From a virus (taxonomy: Duplodnaviria > Caudoviricetes): a stretch of DNA of 64,000 bases. Position numbers and translations under genes: made by a program. This document shows, piece by piece, positions 7,915-17,245 of this stretch; positions within the stretch are counted from its first letter, which is position 1; every line of letters begins with the position of its first letter. The DNA is taken from positions 48,766-112,765 of the IMG/VR virus record IMGVR_UViG_3300012018_000002. The stretch is one strand, 5' to 3'. Below the pieces are notes generated by a model that was not told the DNA's origin, ran no database searches, and was given only the letters and a program-made list of their open reading frames with translations.

Positions 7915-7999
7915 CAAATAAAACTCACGCTACTGAAGCCTCCTATATGGTGCTCTTAAGTGAAAGTAAATAGCTGTAGAATAGCGGAGTTTTTTATCA

Positions 8000-8072
8000 G
8001 CCAATTAAGCTTTGCTCGGTGAAGTCCTCACTTGTAATGAGGAGGAAGTGGGTTCAAATCCTACAATTGGCA
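8000..8072 (+). tRNA. tRNA-Thr (TGT)
   Basis: GCCAATT/AATTGGC, CCTCA-CTTGTAA-TGAGG, GTGGG-TTCAAAT-CCTAC. Confidence 0.9.
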
Positions 8073-8077
8073 CAATT

Positions 8078-8467
8078 ATGATAAAACAATGTAAAATATG
8101 TGGAAAAGAATATGGTAAACTTAAATCTTATGAAAGAAAAAGAAATAAGTGTTCATCTTGTCATACAAAAATTAGAAGGTTTATAAATAAAGAAAGAGCG
8201 GTAGCTTATTTAGGAGGAAAATGTAATAGATGTGGATATACTAATCAAGAAGCTCTTGAATTTCACCATATAGACAAGACTACAAAAGATTTTAATATAG
8301 GATGTGTTGCAAATAAATCATGGGACTCTATATTAAAAGAAATAAAAAAGTGTGAATTATTATGTTCAAACTGTCATAGAATTGAACATACAAATAGAAA
8401 CTCTAAAGAATTTATAGAAGCAGTAATTGAATATAAGAAAAATATGGAAACAGGGCAGGTCTGGTGA
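8078..8467 (+). CDS. Free-standing HNH homing endonuclease with Zn-finger CxxC motifs
   Basis: LGGKCNRCGY...LEFHHID...KCELLCSNCHRIEH; true start is the ATG at 8078, after tRNA-Thr. Confidence 0.88.
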   Translation: MIKQCKICGKEYGKLKSYERKRNKCSSCHTKIRRFINKERAVAYLGGKCNRCGYTNQEALEFHHIDKTTKDFNIGCVANKSWDSILKEIKKCELLCSNCHRIEHTNRNSKEFIEAVIEYKKNMETGQVW

Positions 8468-8520
8468 TATTGCGCTTGTTTGAAGAACAAGATAACTCTG
8501 TTCAATTCAGAGTGTTTCCA
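8446..8520 (+). tRNA. tRNA-Phe (GAA)
   Basis: GGAAACA/TGTTTCC, CTTGT-TTGAAGA-ACAAG, CTCTG-TTCAATT-CAGAG. Confidence 0.85.
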
Positions 8521-8587
8521 CAAAAGGGTTCATCATTGCGATAGCAAATGGACAAGAGTTCTGACCTTCCTCTGATAAGGTCAACTA

Positions 8588-8658
8588 GCAAGTGTCGTAT
8601 AATGGTAATACACTAGCCTTCCAAGCCTGTGATATAGGTTCGATTCCTATTATTTGCT
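8588..8658 (+). tRNA. tRNA-Gly (TCC)
   Basis: GCAAGTG/TATTTGC, GTAT/ATAC D-stem, loop CTTCCAA (anticodon stem has 2 mismatches), ATAGG-TTCGATT-CCTAT. Confidence 0.8.
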
Positions 8659-8659
8659 C

Positions 8660-8869
8660 ATGATTAAAATAGTTCCAATAGAAGAAGAATTAGAAAACAA
8701 TATTTCTCGACCATACACTAAAAAACAATGGCAGAAATTTGAAGAAGAAGCTAAAAGTTATATAGATAATATATTTTCGGGTAACTCAGTGGTAGAGTGC
8801 ATTCCTGATAAGAATGTGGTCGTAGGTTCAACTCCTACCCTGAAAACAAACATAAACTATGAAAATTAA
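8660..8869 (+). CDS. Small hypothetical ORF reading through tRNA-Ile
   Basis: ATG at 8660; the first ~38 codons look protein-like and the rest overlaps the tRNA. Confidence 0.4.
   Translation: MIKIVPIEEELENNISRPYTKKQWQKFEEEAKSYIDNIFSGNSVVECIPDKNVVVGSTPTLKTNINYEN
8775..8846 (+). tRNA. tRNA-Ile (GAT)
   Basis: TTTCGGG/CCTGAAA, ACTC/GAGT, CATTC-CTGATAA-GAATG, GTAGG-TTCAACT-CCTAC. Confidence 0.9.
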
Positions 8870-9047
8870 AATTATTATTGAAGGAGAAGAGCTTTCAGAA
8901 GTAATAGAATTTACTCATAAAGCATTAATGAATTACATTAATCATCCTCCAAATCCACCAATTTTATCAAGTATGGTAAATATGGTATTGTTAGATAAAT
9001 TTGAAAAACTAACAGAGGACGAGAAAAAAATATTCAATTTATTATAA
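8859..9047 (+). CDS. Hypothetical protein
   Basis: 62-aa ORF with AAACTATG start. Confidence 0.65.
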   Translation: MKIKIIIEGEELSEVIEFTHKALMNYINHPPNPPILSSMVNMVLLDKFEKLTEDEKKIFNLL

Positions 9048-9050
9048 ACT

Positions 9051-9587
9051 ATGGAAATTTTTAATATTATAAACGATGCTCCAGTCGTAACTCCAGAAGG
9101 ACTATATATTCCAGAATTAAGAAATATCTGGAATAGAGATAAAAGTCCACACAAAATAAAAGCACAAGGAGAACTTGCTGCTATTTATCATTTAATTGAC
9201 CCAAGAAGTTCTTATGCAAAACAACCTGAAGAAGAAAGACAGAAGTTAGTTGCAATAGATTATATTGGTGATGAAAATTGGATTCCTGACGAAGATATAA
9301 CACTAGCAATGGAAAAATACAGGATACTTATTATAGGTCCTGCTATGAGATTTTATTTATCATTAAAAAAGTTACTTGATTCTATATCTGATTATGCTAA
9401 CAACACAACAGTAAGAGGAGGAAAAGATGGTAACTTAACACAAGCTTTAGCTGCTATTGAAAAAGGAGAAAAAATTATGTCATCTCTTGAAAAAGCTGAA
9501 AAGATTGCCAACAGAGAAATACAAGCTACTGTTGCAAAACTTAAAGGTAATGCTAAGTTTGGATTTATTCAAGGAGAAAAATTATGA
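9051..9587 (+). CDS. Conserved crAss-like protein upstream of TerL (terminase small subunit candidate)
   Basis: ATGA-coupled to TerL; helical C-terminus; position typical of crAss-like genomes. Confidence 0.55.
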   Translation: MEIFNIINDAPVVTPEGLYIPELRNIWNRDKSPHKIKAQGELAAIYHLIDPRSSYAKQPEEERQKLVAIDYIGDENWIPDEDITLAMEKYRILIIGPAMRFYLSLKKLLDSISDYANNTTVRGGKDGNLTQALAAIEKGEKIMSSLEKAEKIANREIQATVAKLKGNAKFGFIQGEKL

Positions 9588-11824
9588 GGTCAGTAATAGA
9601 AGGTATAAGTCCAAAAGTAGCACTAAGATGGAATAGTATATTAGACGAAATTCCTGACAGTGTAAGACCTAGAGTTTCTGACTTAACAACTAGAAATTCT
9701 GTTAGTAATACAGGAATTCCTTATTTTTATTTTACAGATAGTTCAGTTTTTACTCCTGCTGCTAATGCATTTAGAGAAAGTGAGAAAAATGCACCTAAAG
9801 GAACTACTCCTACATACACACATTATTTAGAAGGAACCATTGCCTGGAAACAGTTTTGGAGACAAGAATATGAAAGATGTATTAATGGATATGAACCTGA
9901 AATAGATGGTGTTCCTTGTGGTGTTAGAATTACAGGAGAACACTATTTTTATTTGAATTATTGTAGGATAGTTCAAAAATACGAGGATGAAAAATCAGGT
10001 AAGGTAACTAAAAGAGAGGATTTTCCTGAGTTTTTATCTATGGACTTTTACTGGTTTCACATGCTTGAAAGAGCAGAAAACCCAGAAAGATTTGGTAGAA
10101 GCACATTTGAAAAAAGACATTTAATTATGGCTAAGGCTCGTAGAAAGGGTTGGTCATATAAAAATGCTGCAGGTGCTGTTTATGTATATTCATTTGTTCC
10201 TAATGGTAAGGTAGTAATAGGTTCTCAGTTTGGAGATAAAGGTAAGATTACATTTAACATGGCTATGACCATGATTGACTTTATCAACAAACATACAGAA
10301 TTTGCTCAACCTTGGGTTCAAAGAAGACAAACTAAAAACGATTGTTTTATTTTATCTGGTGCTGAAGAAGATATAGATGGTGTTAAAACTTATAAAGGTA
10401 TTAGAACATCTATAGAAACTGTATCCTTTAAAGATAGACCAGATGCTGCTGCAGGTCTTTATGCAACTAGATTCTTATTTGAAGAAGCTGGTCAAATTGA
10501 ACAATTAAAAGCTGCATTTGAGTTTTCTGAACCTACACTTAGAGATGGTGATTATCTTACTGGTATAGCTATTATCTATGGAACTGGTGGTGATATGGAG
10601 AAGGGTGCTAAAGAATTTAGTGAAATGTTCTACAATCCAAAAGACTATGGTTTAATGGAATTTGACAATATCTATGAAGATATAGAGTTATCAGGTAAGT
10701 GTGGATGGTTTGTAGATGATATGTGGTTTAGACCTGGTGAAATTACTATTGAAGATAAATTATACAAAGCTGTAGATGAGAATGGTAATGCACATAGATG
10801 GGTAGCTGAATTAACACTAGAAGCAGAAAGAGAAGTAAAAAGAAAATCATCAAGAGAAACTTACTCTACTTTTGTTACTCAGCGTTGTAAAACTCCTGCA
10901 GAAGCTTTCTTAGTAGTTCAAGGTAACGTATTTCCAGTTGCTGAATTACAGAGTATTTATGCTAGAAAAAGAGCATTAAATGAATTTACATTGTTAGGAA
11001 GAAATGGAAAACTAGTAGATACATTAGGTATTCCAAGATTTGTTCCAGATTTAAGGAATGAATTATATCCTATGGATACTTATCCTTTAAGGTCTCAAGA
11101 ACATAGTAAAGAAGGATGTGTTGTGCAATATGAAGCACCAAGAGAAATAGAGGGTTATGTGCAACCAGGTGCTTATGTAGTTTGTATGGACCCTATTGAT
11201 ATTGATAATGAAGGTGCAGAATCTTTGTGTGCTATCTATGTTATTAAAACTATGAAGTTTGCTCCTATTATTGGTGGAGATGAAATAGTAATGGAATACG
11301 TAGGAAGACCAAAAGAAGATACAATTGATACATGTAGTAGAATAGCATATTTAATGTGTAAATATTATAATGCTAAATTATCACATGAAAATGATAGAGG
11401 TGGTAAATCTGTAGCAGATTACTTTACTAAAAATAAAGCATATCATATGTTACTTAAACCACCAGCAAGAATGGTTTCTGGACATATTCAAAACTCCAGA
11501 ACACTGTTAAGAAAAGTAGGTCACTCAATGTCTTCTCCTCAAATGAAAGAATTAGGAGAAATATATTTAAAGAGATGGTTACTTGCAATTAGAGCAAAAG
11601 ATAGAGAAGGAAAAGAAATTCGTAACATGGATTTAATACCTTCTAAAGGTTTGTTTGAAGAATTAATTATGTATAACAGAGATGGTAATTTTGACCGAGT
11701 ATCTGCTTTAATGGGAGGAGTTTTACAATTACAAGAGTTGTTTAACGAGTTCAAAGAAGAGAACGAAGATGAAGAATCAGTAGGTTCTTGGTTTTCAAAA
11801 AGAACATCTTATTTTAGAAATTAA
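9584..11824 (+). CDS. terL: Terminase large subunit
   Basis: ITGEHYFYLNY, Walker A KARRKGWSY, Walker B FLFEEAG, YGTGG, nuclease CMDPID and GNFDRVSA: crAss-type TerL. Confidence 0.95.
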   Translation: MRSVIEGISPKVALRWNSILDEIPDSVRPRVSDLTTRNSVSNTGIPYFYFTDSSVFTPAANAFRESEKNAPKGTTPTYTHYLEGTIAWKQFWRQEYERCINGYEPEIDGVPCGVRITGEHYFYLNYCRIVQKYEDEKSGKVTKREDFPEFLSMDFYWFHMLERAENPERFGRSTFEKRHLIMAKARRKGWSYKNAAGAVYVYSFVPNGKVVIGSQFGDKGKITFNMAMTMIDFINKHTEFAQPWVQRRQTKNDCFILSGAEEDIDGVKTYKGIRTSIETVSFKDRPDAAAGLYATRFLFEEAGQIEQLKAAFEFSEPTLRDGDYLTGIAIIYGTGGDMEKGAKEFSEMFYNPKDYGLMEFDNIYEDIELSGKCGWFVDDMWFRPGEITIEDKLYKAVDENGNAHRWVAELTLEAEREVKRKSSRETYSTFVTQRCKTPAEAFLVVQGNVFPVAELQSIYARKRALNEFTLLGRNGKLVDTLGIPRFVPDLRNELYPMDTYPLRSQEHSKEGCVVQYEAPREIEGYVQPGAYVVCMDPIDIDNEGAESLCAIYVIKTMKFAPIIGGDEIVMEYVGRPKEDTIDTCSRIAYLMCKYYNAKLSHENDRGGKSVADYFTKNKAYHMLLKPPARMVSGHIQNSRTLLRKVGHSMSSPQMKELGEIYLKRWLLAIRAKDREGKEIRNMDLIPSKGLFEELIMYNRDGNFDRVSALMGGVLQLQELFNEFKEENEDEESVGSWFSKRTSYFRN

Positions 11825-11834
11825 AAAAAATTAA

Positions 11835-14417
11835 ATGATATTTAACTCATTACCACCGCAGAGAATATCTTTCGCTGCAAAAAATAAACAATGGAGAATT
11901 AATTGCATGGATTTTTTATGCACCCAGGCAAATCACCATTATCTGCATGATTTTAAAAGAATGTTAGATAATTACAATCTCCATAATAATATTATAAACC
12001 AAGAAGAATTCCAAAAGTATTGTGACCCTTTAGGTTTAGATGCAGGACAAGGTAAAGACTTTGTTCAAGCATTTAATAAAACACACAATAAAATTCAAGT
12101 ATTAAGAGGTGAAGAATTAAGAAGACCTTGGAATTTTCATGTAAAAGATTTTTCTCACAATGCAACTAACGAAGTAATAAGAGAAAAACAAAGAGAATAT
12201 AAGAATTATTTCAAAACTCATATTGAGTTAGAGATACAAAAGCAACAAGCTATTATTGATATTGAAGCTAAATTACAAGCTGGAAAAGTAAATAAAACAG
12301 AAGCACAAAGAGCTTATGAGCAAATTTCCCAGTCTTTAATGGCTAAAGAAAAAGAAGTATTAAATCCTGAAGAAATAGAAAGGAAGTTTAAAAGTTACAA
12401 AACATCAAAAGAAAAATTGATGAGTAAACTTCTTAGAAGTAAAACAGGTGAACTTGCTGTAAAACATAAGAAAAATGAAGCTTTCTTTGATTTAAATGTA
12501 GCAGGTATTGAAGCTGTTATGACTACAATTATCAATGGTGAACCACAAATAGAAATATTAAATCCATTAGGTGTAGCTTATCATAAATCACCAGAAATAC
12601 AGTTTTTCCAAGATGGTGATTATGTAGTTTATAAGAGAGAAATGTCATTAGGACAAATATTAGATTTATATGGTGATGATTTAAGTGATAGAGATTTAAG
12701 AGATATTAATGAGAGACTAACTAATATATTTGGAACTAATGCTAAAATGATGTCTGCAGATGGAGAATCTCCTTCTCACTGGGACCAATTAAACAGAAGA
12801 AGAGGACATGATTATTACTCTATTCAAAGTGTTCCTTTTACTGGTGGTTATGGACAAGGTAATACAAAAAATAGCTTTTTAGTTGTATATACAGGATTTT
12901 GGAAGAGTTATACTCAAGTAGGGTTTTTATCCTATACAGATGATAGAGGTGAAAAACAATCAACTATTGTTCCTGAAGAATTTCCTGTTCCAAAAGAAGC
13001 AAGAAAGATAACTTTAAAAGGTGATTTCTATAATAAGAAAACCAAATATGTATGGGTAGATGAAATAACAGGTTCTACAATGGAACTTATATGGGAATTT
13101 ATTCCTCAAGTTTGGGAAGGAACTAGAATTGGTCAAGATAAGTATTTGAATATCAGACCTTATCCTTATTCTAAAATGTCATTAGAAAATCCTTTTAGAT
13201 GTAAACTTCCTATTTTTGGAACTGCTTTAAATAATAGAAACTCTGTTATTACTTCTACAATGGATAGAATGAAACCTTGGCAAAGACTTTACTTATTAGT
13301 AATGACTAAGTGGTTAAAGTTAATTGCACAAGATAAAGGTATCATTCAACTATTAAACTTGTTAATGTTAGATAAGGATATAGGACCAGAGAAAACAATG
13401 CAATATGCAATGGACTTAGGTTATTTACCTTATAATCCATTAAGTAATACTGAAGCATCAGGTATAGTTCAAAATATGAAAGTATCTGAATCTGTAAATC
13501 TTTCTAACATTGCTAACATTAGATATTATACAGAAATACTTTCTTTCCTGGAAGCACAGATTGGAGAAGCTGCTGGTATATCTAAACCAAGAGAAGGACA
13601 AACAGGCAGTAATACAAACGTAGGTGATAACAGACAAGATTTACTACAAAGTGCTGTTATTACAGAACCTCAGTTTGCTGTGCATGACCTTATTTGGGAA
13701 GACATATTAAATGAATTAGTATATCTTACTCAAAGAAATATTGCAGAAAAAGGAGGACAATACTCAAGAGAAATACTTTCAGATGAAGAAATTGCCATAA
13801 TTGAAATGGATGGTATTGATTTTGTAAATTCTGATTTAGGAGTTAGAGTAGCTAATAACGGTGCTGCTAATACAGTGTTAGACCAAATAAAAGCTAATGC
13901 ACAAGCTCTTATTCAAAATGATAAGATTAATCTTTCTACATTAATGGAACTATTATCTACTGAAGACTTAGCAGAATGTAAGATGATTGTAAAAGACATA
14001 GAAGCAAATATAGCAGCTAGAGAAGAAGCTATGAACAATTCTAATCTTGAAAATCAAAGAGCAATTGAAAAAATGAGAGTTGAAGCAAGAGAAGATGAGC
14101 AATTACATGAAAAAGAATTACAAGAAATGAAAGATGCTGCTGCTCTTGAAAGAGAGTATGTTAAGGCTATAGGAACTGCAACTGCTGCTACTGGTGATAT
14201 TGATACTGATGATAACACTGTTCCTGATGTGCTTGAAATAGAAAGATTTAAACAAGAAGCAGAAATATCAAGAAAAGAACATGATTTGAATGAAAGAAAA
14301 CAAAGACATCAAGAAAAAATAGACACAGAAAAACTAAGATTAGAAAAAGAAAAAATAGCTTCTCAAGAGAGAATAGCTAAAACTAAAGCAGCTCAAGCAA
14401 AAAAGAAAACTACATAA
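11835..14417 (+). CDS. Portal protein
   Basis: Follows TerL; PPQRIS N-terminus, WEGTRIG, AGISKPREGQ, long charged coiled-coil C-terminus. Confidence 0.92.
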   Translation: MIFNSLPPQRISFAAKNKQWRINCMDFLCTQANHHYLHDFKRMLDNYNLHNNIINQEEFQKYCDPLGLDAGQGKDFVQAFNKTHNKIQVLRGEELRRPWNFHVKDFSHNATNEVIREKQREYKNYFKTHIELEIQKQQAIIDIEAKLQAGKVNKTEAQRAYEQISQSLMAKEKEVLNPEEIERKFKSYKTSKEKLMSKLLRSKTGELAVKHKKNEAFFDLNVAGIEAVMTTIINGEPQIEILNPLGVAYHKSPEIQFFQDGDYVVYKREMSLGQILDLYGDDLSDRDLRDINERLTNIFGTNAKMMSADGESPSHWDQLNRRRGHDYYSIQSVPFTGGYGQGNTKNSFLVVYTGFWKSYTQVGFLSYTDDRGEKQSTIVPEEFPVPKEARKITLKGDFYNKKTKYVWVDEITGSTMELIWEFIPQVWEGTRIGQDKYLNIRPYPYSKMSLENPFRCKLPIFGTALNNRNSVITSTMDRMKPWQRLYLLVMTKWLKLIAQDKGIIQLLNLLMLDKDIGPEKTMQYAMDLGYLPYNPLSNTEASGIVQNMKVSESVNLSNIANIRYYTEILSFLEAQIGEAAGISKPREGQTGSNTNVGDNRQDLLQSAVITEPQFAVHDLIWEDILNELVYLTQRNIAEKGGQYSREILSDEEIAIIEMDGIDFVNSDLGVRVANNGAANTVLDQIKANAQALIQNDKINLSTLMELLSTEDLAECKMIVKDIEANIAAREEAMNNSNLENQRAIEKMRVEAREDEQLHEKELQEMKDAAALEREYVKAIGTATAATGDIDTDDNTVPDVLEIERFKQEAEISRKEHDLNERKQRHQEKIDTEKLRLEKEKIASQERIAKTKAAQAKKKTT

Positions 14418-14469
14418 TGCTATAATAAGTTAATGTGTATTATGAAAACTAGTCGTTTTTGTATAAAAG

Positions 14470-14502
14470 TTGCAAAAATATCAAAATAATTACATATCTT
14501 TA
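14470..14502 (+). promoter_or_regulatory. Bacteroidota-type promoter for the capsid operon
   Basis: TTGC (14470), then 21 nt, then TATCTTTA (14495-14502), 12 nt before the ATG at 14515. Confidence 0.65.
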
Positions 14503-14514
14503 CAATTCCAAACT

Positions 14515-15648
14515 ATGAGTGAAATAATGAAACTTCCAGAAATTCCTACATTTAAGGAAACTGAGAACATGAAACTAACAGGCATAATTACTCCAGAGCC
14601 TATTGAAGAAACTGCAGAAGAAGTTGCAGCTAGAGAACAAGAAGAACAAGAAGCAGCTAGATTAGCCGAGGAAGCTGAAAAGCAAAAAACTCCTGGTTAT
14701 TTAGATGACAATCAAGAGGATAATCAAGATGAACCAAAAGCTGAAGCTAATTCTATTATTAGTTATGTAAAAGGGTTAATTGATTTAGGTGTTCTAAATA
14801 CTCCTGAGAATTTTGAAATCAAAAAAGACTTTACAGAAGCACAACTTCAGGAGTTACTTGATTATGATGCTAAAGCAAGAGATGAAGAATCACAATCTTC
14901 TTTTTTATCCAAAATTAAAGACCCAAGAGTTCTCGAACTTGCAGAGTTTAGTATTAAAGGTGGAGAGTTTGCAGATGCAGAAAGCTTCTTTAAACTACAA
15001 AAACAAGAAGAATCATTTGAAAAAATTGATTTGACAGTTAGAGAAAATCAAGAACTAATTGTATTAGAAGCATTAAAAAGAAAAGGTATTAACCCTAAAA
15101 GGGCTAAAGACATGCTTGATTTAATTGTTGTTAATGATGAACTTGAAAGTGAAGCTACTGCCTTAAAAAATGAATTTATAGAAGCTACAAAGCTAGAAAA
15201 ACAAAAACTTGCTGAAATTGCAGAAAGGTCTAATAAACTAGAACAACAAAGACAAGAAGCTTGGAGAAATGATTTTTATAAATCATTAGAAGCTACTAAA
15301 TTTAAACAAGAAAAAAAGAGTGAAATACTTTCTTCATTTAATAATGTAAGATTTGAGAATGGAGAAACAATGCCAAAATGGAGATATAAAATGATGCAGA
15401 TTCAAAACAATCCTGGTCATTTTATGGAGTTCTTGGACTTATTATCTCTTTATAATCCTGAAAAAGGATTTAACCCAGTTAAAGAAAAAGCAGCAGAGAT
15501 TAAACAAACAGAAGCTGCAAATAGTTTATTTAGTAAACTAAAAACACATGCAACAGGAATGAAAGTTGGTAAAGGTGGTCAATCAGACGAAGTAGAAGAA
15601 AGATTTATCCCAACAAACCCTGCTGATAGAAACGTAAGAATAAAATAA
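14515..15648 (+). CDS. Acidic scaffold-like protein between portal and MCP
   Basis: Acidic coiled-coil protein in the conserved crAss position; ATG 14515 (AAACTATG) preferred over TTG 14470, which is the promoter. Confidence 0.7.
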   Translation: MSEIMKLPEIPTFKETENMKLTGIITPEPIEETAEEVAAREQEEQEAARLAEEAEKQKTPGYLDDNQEDNQDEPKAEANSIISYVKGLIDLGVLNTPENFEIKKDFTEAQLQELLDYDAKARDEESQSSFLSKIKDPRVLELAEFSIKGGEFADAESFFKLQKQEESFEKIDLTVRENQELIVLEALKRKGINPKRAKDMLDLIVVNDELESEATALKNEFIEATKLEKQKLAEIAERSNKLEQQRQEAWRNDFYKSLEATKFKQEKKSEILSSFNNVRFENGETMPKWRYKMMQIQNNPGHFMEFLDLLSLYNPEKGFNPVKEKAAEIKQTEAANSLFSKLKTHATGMKVGKGGQSDEVEERFIPTNPADRNVRIK

Positions 15649-15655
15649 ATAATAT

Positions 15656-17173
15656 ATGCAATTTACAATGTCGGGGCTAAAGCCCACCCTTATCACAGAA
15701 GGTTTTGGAGGTAACTCAGTTAACTCTACTCACCTTATTAGAACTTATGGTCTTGATAAAAAAGATGACTTGTCAGTAAACGCTACTGGTATTGCTCAAT
15801 TATTTTCTGCTACCGATAGATATGGTGATAAACCTATGATTGGTATGACTGAAGCTAAAGGTAAAAAAATCTATCTTAGCTCTAATCAATATAGCTGGAA
15901 GTTGAGAGGATACATGAAACAAGTAGCTACAGTTACTGAAGTTATCGAAACATCTAGTAGACCAGGTGAAAACCAATCAGAATTTCAAGTTGTTTTAAAC
16001 AGAGGATGGTATAAAGAACCAGACGTTCTTATCTCTGAATCTAACGCTTATCCTCTTGAAATTGTAGGTAGTCCTTATCAAAAAGGATTAGGTTGGGTTT
16101 ATACTTTAAGAATCCAAACTGATGATAACTCTTACTACATTCCTACTGAATTTATTCAAGTTGGTAGAGAATTTAGAAAAGTGTCTACTTCAGTTGTAGA
16201 TGAAGAAAACAACAAATATGGTACAATTCAGTTTAACTCAATCTTTGAATTGAGAAGCCAAACTGGAAACGTAGCTGAGAAATTTGAGTTTTCTGATAAA
16301 GCTCTTAGGGTAGATAAAAACTCTGCTAATTCAAAAGCATTACACTGGAATGTTCCTTTCTTCGATAACAAAGGTAAAGAATATAGAAACTTTATGCCTT
16401 TGGCAGAAGCAGAAATGATGAACCAGGTATATGAAGATATTGAATGGGGATTAGTTTTTGGTAGAAAATCACTAAGAAATGTTGGTCCTTCAGGTTATGT
16501 TAAAAGAACTGGTCCTGGTTTAAGACAACAATTAGAGTATGGTCACACTCTATACCATAACAACAACTTAACACTTGCCAAACTTGACCAATGGCTAAAT
16601 GCTATCTATAGAGGTAGAAAAGATGCTACTCCTGATAAAAGAAGAATTATCTTAATGACAGGAGAGATGGGTGCTACAATGTTCCATAACATGGTTGCTT
16701 CTCAAGCTTCTGCTTTCTTAACTGTAGATACACACTATATTGAGAAAGAAAGTGATGTAAGACACTTAGCATTTGGTGCTCAGTTTACTCACTACAAAGG
16801 TATCAATGGTCTTGATGTTACTGTAATGCTGAACCCAGCTTACGATAACCCTGATTATTGTCCTCAAACTCACCCTATTTACACTGACACAGTATTAGAC
16901 TCTTGGAGAATGGATATTCTTGACTTCGGAGTAGCAATGCAATCAGGAACTGATGCAATGGGAGATAACATCTCTATGGTTTGTGAACAGTATGCTGATT
17001 ACTTCTTTACTACTGCAGGTAAATGGAATCCTAAAACTGGTATGCCAATTAACGATGGTAGCCCTGGTTTAGCAGGTGGTATCTCAGGTTATGCAACATT
17101 CATGGAAAAATCTTTCGGTCTGTTGATTAGAGATATTTCAAGATGTGGTTCTATTCAATTGAGAATTACCTAA
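15656..17173 (+). CDS. Major capsid protein
   Basis: 505 aa, crAss MCP-like motifs (YSWKL, RTGPGLRQQLE, ILMTGEMG, FGAQFTHY, NPAYDN); codon bias suggests high expression. Confidence 0.92.
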   Translation: MQFTMSGLKPTLITEGFGGNSVNSTHLIRTYGLDKKDDLSVNATGIAQLFSATDRYGDKPMIGMTEAKGKKIYLSSNQYSWKLRGYMKQVATVTEVIETSSRPGENQSEFQVVLNRGWYKEPDVLISESNAYPLEIVGSPYQKGLGWVYTLRIQTDDNSYYIPTEFIQVGREFRKVSTSVVDEENNKYGTIQFNSIFELRSQTGNVAEKFEFSDKALRVDKNSANSKALHWNVPFFDNKGKEYRNFMPLAEAEMMNQVYEDIEWGLVFGRKSLRNVGPSGYVKRTGPGLRQQLEYGHTLYHNNNLTLAKLDQWLNAIYRGRKDATPDKRRIILMTGEMGATMFHNMVASQASAFLTVDTHYIEKESDVRHLAFGAQFTHYKGINGLDVTVMLNPAYDNPDYCPQTHPIYTDTVLDSWRMDILDFGVAMQSGTDAMGDNISMVCEQYADYFFTTAGKWNPKTGMPINDGSPGLAGGISGYATFMEKSFGLLIRDISRCGSIQLRIT

Positions 17174-17215
17174 TTTTATAGTTTCCTATAAAATATAGAA
17201 GGGGGAAACCCCTTC
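17174..17215 (+). promoter_or_regulatory. Tandem hairpins after MCP (mRNA stabiliser or attenuator)
   Basis: TTTTATAG-TTTC-CTATAAAA and GAAGGGG-GAAA-CCCCTTC (GNRA loop), no U-tract. Confidence 0.55.
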
Positions 17216-17245
17216 ACATCAAAAACTCCAAAAAAATAAAAAACT

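Noticed and set aside
7920-7995. Second hammerhead (CTGAAG...GAAAG)
   Set aside because: The core is CUGAAGC rather than CUGANGA, and stem III with UH cannot be formed
8012-8077. N-terminal extension of the HNH ORF
   Set aside because: It is tRNA-Thr sequence; the real start is the ATG at 8078
14470-14514. TTG start for the scaffold gene
   Set aside because: It coincides with the -33/-7 promoter; ATG 14515 has the typical context
9584-17173. Introns or inteins in TerL, portal, MCP (also checked the RNAP core)
   Set aside because: ORFs are continuous and of normal length, and I saw no intein C...HN-C/S/T junctions or LAGLIDADG motifs
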